Shown here in pieces: positions 43,101-51,542 of a stretch of 64,000 nucleotides of DNA. The position numbers and the translations under genes are program-made. The stretch's first letter is position 1. Each line of letters starts with the position of its first letter. Under the pieces are notes generated by a model. The model ran no database searches. It was not told the origin of the DNA and saw only the letters and a list, made by a program, of their open reading frames with translations. Where the stretch lies: contig OY759729.1 of the NCBI GenBank assembly GCA_963662585.1, positions 1,024,001-1,088,000 of the forward strand, in the 5' to 3' direction. This DNA is from Candidatus Cloacimonadales bacterium (GTDB taxonomy: Bacteria > Cloacimonadota > Cloacimonadia > Cloacimonadales > JAFGVF01).

Positions 43101-46100
43101 AGCTGTAACATCAGCAACTGAGTAAGTGAATTGAGTATCAGAAACTGATCTCATTTGGCTACTAGTAGTTAATACTCTAACAATATAGTTTCTGATATTT
43201 TCATCAGCATCTAAGTTATCACCATCAATATTACCATCATAGCTTGCATTATATTGATATGAAGTATATTGAGGACTGCTTAAGTTCCATGTGAATCCAT
43301 AAGGATAAACAGGATCATTAGCTTGAAGAACTAAGTTACCAAGATCATCAGTATAATCACCATCATTATTAGCATCATAATAAACTTGGAATTCAACAGT
43401 ATTAACAACACCATCAGGGTCATTTACTAAGAATTCAAGTTCAATATCATTACCACTATTTAGAGTAAAAGCAGGATCAGTTGTAGCTGAAACACCAGCA
43501 GGTGCATGAGCATATCTGAATGTTTGGCTATCGGTATAATTATTACCTAAACCGTCAGTAGCATTAACAATGATTTGATAATCACCTTCAGCTAAATCGA
43601 ATCCGGAATAACCATTATCAAAATCAAATTCAGCAACTGTACCATTGAATGAAATATTAACATTGTTGATAGCAGCTGTATTAGGAGTAACACCAATTGC
43701 AACTAAATCAAAATTAGCAGTGATGTTACCAACACCATTAGTACCGAACATTGCAGGATCTTCTAATTCAACTTTTAATGAAGTGAAGTCTTGGTCATAA
43801 ACAATAACATCGCCCCATGAATAAGTTGTCATTCCTGCAACTGATTCAAAAGCAATTCCGTCAGCAACAACTACTGGAGCAGTTGCATCAAGTAAGATGT
43901 TAATATTTTCAGATTTTTCGAAACCAAATATGTTTGTATAGGTTACTGTGAAATCTGTATTACCAAGAGTTGCTGCATCAGCTGTGAAATCAGTAGCATC
44001 AATTGTAAGACTTGCAACAGTACCATTGAAGGCTGTTGGATTTAAGTCATTTACAAGTTGAGGACTGCTAATTACGAAATCAGCTAAAGCAGGTGCATAG
44101 GCAGGATTATAAGATTCACCGAAATTAGTGAAATCAAATGTGAATTCAAAATCACCCATTGTAGGATTTTGAGTTCCAGGATTATTAAGAACGATATCAA
44201 AGTCATTACCATCAACTTCTACATCAAGAGTTTCATGATGTTCGAAAACATTAGTAATAATGTTATCAAATGGATCTCTGAAAGAAGTAATGTTTAAGGT
44301 AACTGTTTGACCTTCTGTGAATTGAGTAGGATCAGAAATAGTAACAGGGAATGTTACTAACCATTTTGAGTTGTTTAAGACTGTTGGAGCAACAGTATAA
44401 GCACCAAATGTTAAACCAGCCACAGGATCGATAGTTACATTATCGATATATTCTTGGAATTGAGTATTTATATATACATTAACTACAGGGTTAACAACTT
44501 GAAGGTCGCTAACAGCTAAGTAGTTAACAGCATTGTTAGTAATTAATTCTACATGTTCAATTAGAGGAACAATAGGACCTGAGCCAGCATAAGAGATAGT
44601 CTTAGTTGAGGCAGCAGTCATTTGTCCAGTAATATTAGTAGCAGTAACACTTACAAGTTGTGAAGTTTGGTTATAGTTACCAATTACAGGGATACCAGTA
44701 ATTTCAGCAACCCATTGTGTTCCATCCCAAGAAATATTAGCTTGTGGAACAATATAAGGATTAGCAAGATCGAGGATATTGCTAAAGTTGCTTAAAGTTA
44801 CGAAAGGTTTCATCACTGTACCTGCTAATGGAGCATCACTATTAAAGATAACTCTAACAGTTGCTTCATCACCAGGAGTAACATAATACATACCGTTTTG
44901 ACCTAATGTTTCACTCCATACATAGATTTCATCTAAGCTGGTAGTAGTACCATCAATGAGGTTATAAACATTAGCAACGGTTTGCTGACTTACTTGACCA
45001 GTTGAATAAGTAATTCTATATTCAAGAGGTAACCAACCTAAGTTAGTGTTAGCAACGATATCTGAGTTAAGATAATATACATCATTACCTGCATCAGCTA
45101 AAGCAACCCAACCTTGGTTAGCAGCATTATAATTATCAGCTAAGATTTCTACACTTGTTACAGTAGCATTATCACTAGCTAAAGGTTCAACTTCTAAGAT
45201 TAAACCAATACTATTACCATTACTAATATAAGGTGAAGTTGCAGAATTCATTCTGTCCATTCCATCATATTGGAAGGCAGTGATTCCATCAACATCAGCC
45301 TGACTAGCTATAAATTCAACAGTAGCTGAAGGACCTTGTGCAAGATATCTATTTGAAGGTGAGTTATAGTTTTCACCAGCATAGTTCTTGTGATTTACCA
45401 AGTCTTCAAGTTCATTGAATTGAATAGTAACTACATCTGTATTAGCTACAGCAGTGTTATCTACAGGAGTGAATTTCCAGATAAGAGCTATATCATTAGC
45501 ATTAACTGCTTGACTACCAACTAACATTGCTGTCCAGTTAGTAGAGATAGTAGGTAAAGCAACACCAGCTTCTTCAACAGAAACACCATTCATATCTTCA
45601 ACTATTCTCTTAACAAAAAGAGATCCATTGAATTGATAAGAATTGAGATCTTGAGGGTTATTTAAAGTAAGATCAAAGTTAAAGCTATTAACTTGATTAC
45701 CTAAATTATTAATACCAGGAATTGCATTAGCAGTAGCATAATCATTGATATTGCTATCAGCTTTAACAATTGTATATTCTGCATAAGTAGGAACTTCTAA
45801 ATCAATTTTGATACTTTTTATGATTGGAATTGGGTTAGCATTGAAGAAGTCGTTATATCTAACTTCAACTTGAATGTTTTCACCATCATCATAAGTGTTC
45901 CAACATGCTTGAACATCTGGAGTTTGAACCCAAGTTACATTATGTGTATAGATTGTTACACCAGGAATTGGAGTTACTGAAGTTGTTACAACAGTTCCTG
46001 CTACCCAGTTAACATCAGGGAAGTTGTTAGTGATATTATCAAATTCAGCAATTGGATTAATATCAGCTAAAACAGAATTAACATTCATAGTTAATTTCAC

Positions 46101-49100
46101 ATCATGTTCAGGAGCAAACCAACCTTCAGGGTCAGTACCACTATAACGAGCTGGAGCAATACCATTGAATGTATATTCAGGGATATTTATAGCTACAACA
46201 CTTTGATTATATGGATCAGCCACAAAATCAAAGTCTGATCTAGCTTCAACTACGAAAGGAATAACTTCATAACCAGCAATTTGGTTTGTGAAGTTAGCAT
46301 AATCAAAATCAGCATTATCCCATGAATAAGTATAAGTATGTTTTTCAAAACCAGTTACAGGTTCTGATTCAAATACATCATTCTCAAGGTTTGCTGAAGT
46401 AGCTGTAAAACCTTTATAGGTAAGAACAACATTAGAAGCTGATAATTGACCTTCATGAGCAATCACATCTGCTTCGAATCTAACATTTTGGTTAGGATCA
46501 ATTGAGAAGTAGTTAGTTGTTTGAAGACCATTAACGAAAACTCTAAAGTCACTAATCACAACTTGATTATTATCAATAAATGGAACATCAATATTAGTAC
46601 TTGAAGCTGAAGATTCAGTTTCATAATATTCATAAGGATGTGTTATTGTAATATCTTGAACTGTTAAAGTAGCGTATTCAGGATTACCAACACCAAAATC
46701 ATCTATAATAACAGTATTAAGACCATCGACTAAACCAGAAGTTACTGTTTCGATAGTTCCGTTATTTAAAGTAATTACAGCTTGAGTAATTCTGTTTGAA
46801 TCTGTTAAGTCAAATGTTACTTTAACTTTGTTATGATTCTCTACGATATCAATATGATTACCTTGATCTGCATGTTGATTAGGATTTGCTACATTATATA
46901 TATTCACATTAGAAACTGTAGGAATATCTTGGATTGCTACAGCAACTGCTGGTTCATTATATATAGCAGTGAAATCATAACCGGTACCAACTTCTAAACT
47001 GAAGTTAAGCTCAACATAACCATATGGTGGGTTAGCATTAGAGATGAATTCATTATAATCAAAATCATCTTGTGTCCATCTATAAGTGTAAGTGTTCTTA
47101 ACATAACCATTTACTTCTTCACTTTCAAAAACTGTACTCATAAGAGTAGGAGCTCCCGCAGTAGCTGTTGGTGTGTAGTTAAGATCAACATTGTTAGCAG
47201 TATTTATATGGTTTGTATAAGCCACAAAAGTTGCTTCAACATAGAAGTCATCGTCCATTTCAGCAGAGAATTCATTATCTACATTCTCAACACCATTAAC
47301 GAAGAATTTGATATCATTAATCACAACTTGATCTTCATCAACGAAAGGTATAGTAACATTAGGATCACTGTTTGCTTCTGAAGAATCATCTAATCCATTA
47401 TATGGATGAGAAATTTCTACATTAGCAGCAACAACTTCATATTGATCATAGTTACTTGCATCAAAAGAATTGATTTTGAATATATTTTGACCATCTTGAT
47501 AGCTGGCAACATTAAATACTTGACCATCGTTAAGAGTAATAGTAACAGCATCAATTCTTTCACTATCAGTTAAGCTAAAGAAAACCCAAACTTGGTCACC
47601 AGTTTTTATGATACTAGGATGTCTTGGGAACATATTAATAGCTTCAACATTACTTACTGTAGGTATTGAAGTAATATCAACTGTATGAGAATGAGTCTCT
47701 TCATTATCTAACATATCTTGTGCTACAAAATCAAATGTTAATGTGTTTGTATCATAGTTGTTAGGAATAGCAATTTGCCATTGATATAAGCCTGCGCCTA
47801 AATCAGTTGCAACAGTGTTATCAGGAATTAAAGTATCATCAGAACATGAAATAGTTACCTGATCAGCCTGTACACCTGCAATAGCATCTTCAATAAGATA
47901 AACTAAAGTTAAAGTTGCATTTTCATCAACTGTACTTGCAATATTACTATCAGTAAATGTAGGAACTACATTATCATAGGTTACACCATTATAAGTGAAA
48001 TCATATTCATGAACTGCCACATCACCAGTAGTAAATCCAAGTGATAAGTTTACTGGAATTTCAATAACATCACCGTTATTAATTCCGTTAGCTATACCAG
48101 TATAAGAACCAGTATAAGTAATTTCCCAATTTCCATTTCCTAAGTCATTAACTTGAGGAGCTGAAATTGTAGTTCCAGTGAAGTTTGAGAAATCTACATC
48201 AAATAGATAATTCTCAACACCTCTGCTTAGATTTTCAAAAGGAGTAATTCCAGGATAACCGTGAATACTAATATTGAATTGGAAATCACCTGCTGTTGCA
48301 GCTTTATCTAAGACCATGTCTGTATCATTATTAATATAATAGAACTCACTTGAAGCAGAAACAACTTCTGGAGCTTCTCTTAACACGATAAAGTGAACAA
48401 AAGCTTCTGAAGAGTCAGTATGCCAAGCATCGGCATCAAATGGGTATGGAGGATTGTTATATCTTCCAGGGTTTCCACCAAAATCATTTGGAGTTCTAAG
48501 AACTAATGTATAGTTAACATTTTCTAAAATACCATCAGCAAAATTAAGAATTTCAGCAGTGATATTAAAGTTCTTATAACCAAAATTACCTGAAGTTGGG
48601 CAGGTATATTTATCAGTAGGGTTAGTTGGAGTTGCTGTAATATTTACTACAGCACCAGGAACTAATTCTAAAGTATCTTCATCATATACTACTGCTGACC
48701 AAGTATTACCAGCACCATTATCTACAACTAAGTATTCACTAGTTTCAATATCAAAATTAAAACTATTAATACCATTAGCTAAGAAGAAGGTGTTTCCAGC
48801 TGGATTAGGAATATAATTATCAGCATCTGTACCAAGAATTACAGGATTTTCGTTATCTACACGAGTTGTAGCATAAGAATAAGCTGTTTCAGGAGCAATA
48901 TATCCTGTGTCAGAATATCCTTCTGGAACAACTTTAAGCTCTACATTAAGAAGCTTACTTGCTAAAGCACCAACAATATTATTATTAGTGTTTGTAAGAT
49001 TAGCAAAGTTCATTGTTTCACTGAAATTACCAATACCAGCAATCTCTGTTCCAGTCATACTTCTTACTTTAGTAGCATCATCAGGATCATAAACTCTTAA

Positions 49101-51542
49101 AGTCCAAGTATAATCTACTGATGAATTTCCGATGTTAAATGAAATTTCATTAAATGGTTTATCAACATCATTATGTGCCATTCCAGCTTCATTAGCAGGA
49201 TTAGAAATAGCATCATAAGCCCATGATGGATTACCAGGACTAATGCAATGAGGAACTACATTAACAATATCATTAATAATTTCTGGCCATACAGGTTCTT
49301 CAGGTCTATCAATTTTGAAAGACTTATCACCCGCAGCTACATTACTAATATTGAATGTTCCATTTTCGATATTTCTAGTAACAACTTCAATTTTGATATC
49401 AGAAGTAGCATTACCATAAGTATAAGTACCAGTATTATTTTCACTAAATGCTGAAACAGGAACAGATAAAGTTACACTGTTATTAGCATCAAAGTTTGAT
49501 AATTCAGTATTAAAAGCAATAGGTAAATCAGAATTGTTTCTTGTGAATATAACTTTTTCTGCATTAATAAGATTGTTTACTTCAACAACAATATCAATGC
49601 TATTAGCACCTGTATTATAGTACTGAACACTATTATCAGCTGTAAAGTATGAATTCACATAGAAAATTGGTGTTGTACCATCGATATCAGCTAAACCAGA
49701 AGCTCCACCATCGTGACGAGATGTTACATCATAAGCTACGATACTTGATGGAGTTGTTGGATCTGGAGGAATCACTGGTGGTACATAACCATTATATTGA
49801 TTAACCAATTCAACTGCTTTTGTTGAAGTTCTGATATTACCTGCATTATCTTGGATGTAAGCAGTTACAGTGTAATCGCCTTCTACCCAGCTAATATCTG
49901 CAGGAGACCAGCTAAAGCTACCATCGCTGTTTATTGCAGCGTAAGCTTCAGTAGCAACAAAGTTAATATCAGTTTTAACTTCTGAATTTTCACCTAATGT
50001 TGATGAAGTAGGATAGAAGTATTTTTTGAAATTAGTATCTGTATCAGAAGTAACTTCAACCCAATATTTAACCCGTTCTTTTCTTTCTGGTTCTAAATCG
50101 TTCAAGAAATCTCTTTTTACTGAGAAAGTGAAATATACTTCATCAGTAGAAGTTATTGAATCTTCAGGACCGAAGGAGTTTTGTTCACCATCGACATTAC
50201 CTGCTTCATTAATAGCTCTATTAATAGTATATCTTTGATTATCGCTTGATGAATCAAAGATTCTTAAAGCTGAAGCAGTACCATTAAGATTTTCATATAA
50301 TGGAGCTGTATTGTCTAAAACGAAATCTAAGACATTTAATTCTGTTTCACCATCAGCAATATCAGGATTAACTGTTGGAGGTAGTGGAGTTAAGCTAATA
50401 CTATTACCAGCTTCATCCATCATTCCAACTAGAGTTAGACCGTAAACAGCTTCTTCTAAAAGAGTACCGTTTACTTTTCCATCCCAGATGAAAGTTACTT
50501 CATCGCCATTGATACTTACATTAGTATCATCATAAGCGAATTCAATATAACCAACATTAGTATCAGTGTTTTCATTCTGAACTAATATTTCAAATGCTGT
50601 TGCATTTCCATTTTGTCCAAAATCAGGAATATCGATTTTTGCTGAAATAGTGTTTGGGAGAGTATCCCAGTCACCAAACATATCGTTACCTGGAGAGAAT
50701 CTAAATTGGTTATTATCATATAAATCAGAGATATTACCAACTGTTGGAGGCATTCTATCTGCAGGATATGGATCCCCTGCAACATCACCACTAATAGTAT
50801 TTGATGGGTGAGGAATACTTACATTGCCCCATTGGTCAGTCATTGTCATTGGTATAGTAACAGATGCGATATATCCTGCTGGACCTCCAAGTCTATTTAA
50901 CTCAAGCTCTGTTAATACATAAGTTGCTGTAAAGATGTCACCATTTCTAGTTGCAACTAAATCAGCAGGACCACCAATACTGGTAAGATCTAGGGTTAAG
51001 CCTATTACATCTTCAGTAGGGACATTCCAACCTCTATTGAAAACAAACTTCATCTCATCGCCGATACCAAAAACAGCTTTTCCTGCTGGTATTGATTCGA
51101 TTCTAGTTGAATTTCCATTAGTTATGAATGGAATTTGGTTATCGATTTTTAATAAGTAAGAATTTGTTGTGTTAAGTGGAACTGCTGCTCCATCAACATA
51201 AACAAAAACTTGATAAACATCACCTAATAAAGGTTCATTAACATTACCAGCAGTTACAACATAATCACCTGCATAAGTGTATTGTGCTCTTCTGGCTAAA
51301 GTTAAGCCGAAAGACTCTGTTTCGCCCATAATGTTATCACTCTTAATTTTTACAGAGTCAACAACTGTAGCATCGGACTCTAAGCTCACATCAAAATGAA
51401 CTGTGTACCCTACAATTGCGACTTCTTGTTCTTCGCCATCCGGATCGTAAATAACATGACTAGCAGTTACTGTTGTGGCAGCAAAAGCTAAACTTGTCAG
51501 CATTACGAACAATAAGATTAAAATCGGATGTTTGTTCAACAT
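34155..51542 (-). CDS. Giant (5795 aa) acidic Ig-like-repeat surface protein with FlgD-Ig/T9SS-type C-terminal domain
   Basis: Uninterrupted 17.4-kb ORF with GGAGG RBS and signal peptide (...SLAFA). Many D..GN...D..AP Ig-type motifs; DANNDG Ca-loop-like motifs; C-terminus YMYPSP...IFDFAGKLVR...FDGRTNDGKRLARGAYF...KIAIQ. Confidence 0.9.
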   Translation of the reverse strand: MLNKHPILILLFVMLTSLAFAATTVTASHVIYDPDGEEQEVAIVGYTVHFDVSLESDATVVDSVKIKSDNIMGETESFGLTLARRAQYTYAGDYVVTAGNVNEPLLGDVYQVFVYVDGAAVPLNTTNSYLLKIDNQIPFITNGNSTRIESIPAGKAVFGIGDEMKFVFNRGWNVPTEDVIGLTLDLTSIGGPADLVATRNGDIFTATYVLTELELNRLGGPAGYIASVTIPMTMTDQWGNVSIPHPSNTISGDVAGDPYPADRMPPTVGNISDLYDNNQFRFSPGNDMFGDWDTLPNTISAKIDIPDFGQNGNATAFEILVQNENTDTNVGYIEFAYDDTNVSINGDEVTFIWDGKVNGTLLEEAVYGLTLVGMMDEAGNSISLTPLPPTVNPDIADGETELNVLDFVLDNTAPLYENLNGTASALRIFDSSSDNQRYTINRAINEAGNVDGEQNSFGPEDSITSTDEVYFTFSVKRDFLNDLEPERKERVKYWVEVTSDTDTNFKKYFYPTSSTLGENSEVKTDINFVATEAYAAINSDGSFSWSPADISWVEGDYTVTAYIQDNAGNIRTSTKAVELVNQYNGYVPPVIPPDPTTPSSIVAYDVTSRHDGGASGLADIDGTTPIFYVNSYFTADNSVQYYNTGANSIDIVVEVNNLINAEKVIFTRNNSDLPIAFNTELSNFDANNSVTLSVPVSAFSENNTGTYTYGNATSDIKIEVVTRNIENGTFNISNVAAGDKSFKIDRPEEPVWPEIINDIVNVVPHCISPGNPSWAYDAISNPANEAGMAHNDVDKPFNEISFNIGNSSVDYTWTLRVYDPDDATKVRSMTGTEIAGIGNFSETMNFANLTNTNNNIVGALASKLLNVELKVVPEGYSDTGYIAPETAYSYATTRVDNENPVILGTDADNYIPNPAGNTFFLANGINSFNFDIETSEYLVVDNGAGNTWSAVVYDEDTLELVPGAVVNITATPTNPTDKYTCPTSGNFGYKNFNITAEILNFADGILENVNYTLVLRTPNDFGGNPGRYNNPPYPFDADAWHTDSSEAFVHFIVLREAPEVVSASSEFYYINNDTDMVLDKAATAGDFQFNISIHGYPGITPFENLSRGVENYLFDVDFSNFTGTTISAPQVNDLGNGNWEITYTGSYTGIANGINNGDVIEIPVNLSLGFTTGDVAVHEYDFTYNGVTYDNVVPTFTDSNIASTVDENATLTLVYLIEDAIAGVQADQVTISCSDDTLIPDNTVATDLGAGLYQWQIAIPNNYDTNTLTFDFVAQDMLDNEETHSHTVDITSIPTVSNVEAINMFPRHPSIIKTGDQVWVFFSLTDSERIDAVTITLNDGQVFNVASYQDGQNIFKINSFDASNYDQYEVVAANVEISHPYNGLDDSSEANSDPNVTIPFVDEDQVVINDIKFFVNGVENVDNEFSAEMDDDFYVEATFVAYTNHINTANNVDLNYTPTATAGAPTLMSTVFESEEVNGYVKNTYTYRWTQDDFDYNEFISNANPPYGYVELNFSLEVGTGYDFTAIYNEPAVAVAIQDIPTVSNVNIYNVANPNQHADQGNHIDIVENHNKVKVTFDLTDSNRITQAVITLNNGTIETVTSGLVDGLNTVIIDDFGVGNPEYATLTVQDITITHPYEYYETESSASSTNIDVPFIDNNQVVISDFRVFVNGLQTTNYFSIDPNQNVRFEADVIAHEGQLSASNVVLTYKGFTATSANLENDVFESEPVTGFEKHTYTYSWDNADFDYANFTNQIAGYEVIPFVVEARSDFDFVADPYNQSVVAINIPEYTFNGIAPARYSGTDPEGWFAPEHDVKLTMNVNSVLADINPIAEFDNITNNFPDVNWVAGTVVTTSVTPIPGVTIYTHNVTWVQTPDVQACWNTYDDGENIQVEVRYNDFFNANPIPIIKSIKIDLEVPTYAEYTIVKADSNINDYATANAIPGINNLGNQVNSFNFDLTLNNPQDLNSYQFNGSLFVKRIVEDMNGVSVEEAGVALPTISTNWTAMLVGSQAVNANDIALIWKFTPVDNTAVANTDVVTIQFNELEDLVNHKNYAGENYNSPSNRYLAQGPSATVEFIASQADVDGITAFQYDGMDRMNSATSPYISNGNSIGLILEVEPLASDNATVTSVEILADNYNAANQGWVALADAGNDVYYLNSDIVANTNLGWLPLEYRITYSTGQVSQQTVANVYNLIDGTTTSLDEIYVWSETLGQNGMYYVTPGDEATVRVIFNSDAPLAGTVMKPFVTLSNFSNILDLANPYIVPQANISWDGTQWVAEITGIPVIGNYNQTSQLVSVTATNITGQMTAASTKTISYAGSGPIVPLIEHVELITNNAVNYLAVSDLQVVNPVVNVYINTQFQEYIDNVTIDPVAGLTFGAYTVAPTVLNNSKWLVTFPVTISDPTQFTEGQTVTLNITSFRDPFDNIITNVFEHHETLDVEVDGNDFDIVLNNPGTQNPTMGDFEFTFDFTNFGESYNPAYAPALADFVISSPQLVNDLNPTAFNGTVASLTIDATDFTADAATLGNTDFTVTYTNIFGFEKSENINILLDATAPVVVADGIAFESVAGMTTYSWGDVIVYDQDFTSLKVELEDPAMFGTNGVGNITANFDLVAIGVTPNTAAINNVNISFNGTVAEFDFDNGYSGFDLAEGDYQIIVNATDGLGNNYTDSQTFRYAHAPAGVSATTDPAFTLNSGNDIELEFLVNDPDGVVNTVEFQVYYDANNDGDYTDDLGNLVLQANDPVYPYGFTWNLSSPQYTSYQYNASYDGNIDGDNLDADENIRNYIVRVLTTSSQMRSVSDTQFTYSVADVTAPEVSDVLAAGMNPTQVVYDYITPANNNINLTALVGTWTDVDFVELTVNGDVLVYDMVNPVNWIYDATDIGRVIITAKAFDFVGNVSAEADFSTVLEIVNPSYDKFYNLSLVDYTNFNSDNLIANGTVYSPNNDLTMNDVRIYTTYPNGLEGIAEVQFFVNRIETATGNVLATLPVNNDAAVNPQYGNNNVVLPANCYDATANVWNSWITVDPSLYTNNGNYDGTDYTYEFYAVLIDSYTNIEVIPQVGIVSFDANFRVDYMKPELTVNNASVTHTSYTYYNANTDRLVFDFVDFDGLNINDFVVDYNAVNVADNANITINALTNTVSIPWTGLNNIAGEGVITYNVTVTDMNGNVSEITPIDVFVDNQAPQTTIANVAYMTDADNGGEAMNQIHAFDGNPIFVLAGTENLTIQIDRTQILGLSSENTDTWANQTQPWYANTNDDIYPPVSLYRNIDGAGWNRIAFDHEVDANDMYQFDINVNNGAVVEFAVIAEDTRGNIEADVTPLDGVLTNAELNNAINLTVNVLYQTDITTTIVNHNANDVISGLELLTATVATPANVASVEFQYNDGMNWIAIGTDDSMADVDYLFSIDNAAIPYAVVPGVHVEIIDSALNTTMVELDGANDNWSKTVTLTRDTYTVNYFVDANNDGIIGPLEKANFAITSEMINADGFAYQFDTTTIVDGSYLFRAVPFDNLVATDDQAAAVEMNLIIDNTAPVFDFVALNTVMLDTYKVLDENVEFSLTYVNANDVHTVQAWLVDVNNPANTYGLVNDVYAAYDVRPTDFSVLLAGVPDGNYYLEVMVQDFVNNPSNLTPILGDDLHIDTNAPVITAVNNALNMSGIYTETHQFTVAYNDYLAQLVDANGDGLGVKALEATFTHNAIVDVVDVKVSDDGAMLVFDWTPSQAMMNEVINGQDNIMVNVDVALTDHNDYVSAIFNAGNFTLRSAEVGARIMVVSDFRNGAETYHQTSVTNNEEITDVIGGNNINMFAFLPEGNNVIVPNNVRFEYWNGTNWMQFAANAAWNPIANFAGTGTITGYAQYMDVNWNIANMDGDYTVRTVSEYNFGQVINETNLHIWNSTIVPEIVVSTIDGAVTTEVNRGTEYILSLGNVVSTHPEYLNQVNYMYRFLDENDNVASPWNQLSGFTADDYNWTIGMDYLFAEKVQLAIQVENIFGNVADQVSFIANGGTPYVVDIVDSDAPMVTALTVTQAGNPVAADATVAIANALDIAVTVDNAVLDLSSVVITLDGTEVNAVTYNTNNQMNPTVVNYTLDISALTTGTYQIEVTTADFVGHNYTEAFAFSVDTDAPTGALELVENDNGYIERGLAYTFNANAMDNVTAVANLAINYYWLSDAANNVWTPIVLDANNQWMIPNNWLMNSSYEFKAEITDEYNNSSETMVSYQVRDNVTPIAINNVNTLAAFNNVHFNGPVVIELSVGADVDELNTWMKAPAATDWSAPVLIPVVNGLATYTFTPAATDVDGVYTFGFGPVVRFVDVQVQADVIIDRAVTPVTPAVAGIADDSIFNLNDEITLTFDVAADEVLDTNIELLYADILNNTWVSLGTTAAVVTNNTAEVTFANLGLVKGFYNFKAMVRDLAVPFNETEVALANNVYFDATAPEVFFTNIDNDSEFVLGNLVSINADVNYTDGTNNIAPLDVASVEFKINGLSHALVNAAPYTYVWNTALLASVGTYTIEAIVTDNDGFVNNVLQNVVVVTPNENDPYAVITGFEFNNEAISSDKMYAMVNHWGNNVTSVVAQYTTNNVDWIDFAINTTNNDPYYEFDFNAEAISNASGIKVLVMMNNDEETSLVYPLDVTYNAGEFDLVPANGNIEIHENNLMIVDTDSMPNVVRFNELGYAGYETINENYEFNLVVNANNELPGYWLSGVANNAAWLKFVELDAMAASNGVTVNYNNPYWFVMLDNQMPLADHYAQLTDQVLVNSNIAGNAVYTLPLTGTMAVEGNVVALAWDALLADFVEIDVDYNETNATMTFTAPVNTVVTVGQYVGFEMFVTEFAPVNNDVYMNAGALWTLPNVAMNFNVYHEETEMGYQLPAGFGLANISITLNNGVNNVNNIVLNNGVVSFDLVNMNAGLNELMVNVEMNGFQANQTLTFNVDSTLPTIAFDSTVQLSATNRTLTATMEDAETGLVDYNLVITNNDPAVNAVVTVPMNEMTVTGNIFSYEMSVEELVTLVPQPMRSREIASLNVQWTAENNLNQVNVMAANVTANVVVNRPQITIHNDGFENGWWINPAMSNQVLMTVVPADGRTIALEDIDVSILAVTDLNPAGILIQTSNPVPTANANEYTFGFAQLQLPNSLGLKIAVNAIDDIDVNNVAEQTFGLDYMDPIVTATAPANLVVNYGSDAQVAFSFTDPQGHFIDDDLVQHFSGASGIDISTLVVTLDGDVITGEISNGSFAYAASDLVPGAHTAVASVSDFVGNTASATVNFEVVGGPAPVVDFSPLANGSWWITTANNYEFDLTVESGHTDTELQSVVANIIQLPNNDVIQGPFSVTLENGTGTINFHGGIVTPGQNAIKVEVVAVNDWAVQTVSSQTYPIDNSRPELTVVNPMADYTTMIGNSVNVNIVATDNMSGLTMTSIKVTSLNSDFLAEAMDTETPESFNLVVTPDMAGTFVIEAQAKDMAGNVTTVTRNFDITAPAPIITISDLDDSNGWVNTQNNNNITFTVDGNGYTLDNSSIMASVIAIPSNEVIYEPFTVQAVNNEFVVNVHGGVIPTDANAIKVIVMASNVAGGDAVANHSYPIDSYSPTVEFVSPEANTTYTQTENMFVDVMMELSDIMPTVKSMATSGLDRLEVKAYDNANATVLDTVKTDVSNSYACRVPVSGLGQYHIEATIYDKAGNRTTKMMNFMVEIDYSAMDLEFTAKPYMYPSPLTRGDAGTFVIPTTKEAQVTIEIFDFAGKLVREMNHNSIGGNTNNMIQFDGRTNDGKRLARGAYFARINIVDGAKELNKVVKIAIQ

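Noticed and set aside
34743..51159. Many short ORFs overlapping the giant gene (similar ones overlap PFOR, the sensor, dnaA, lon, nrdJ and murB)
   Set aside because: These are antisense or off-frame shadows of long, well-supported genes.
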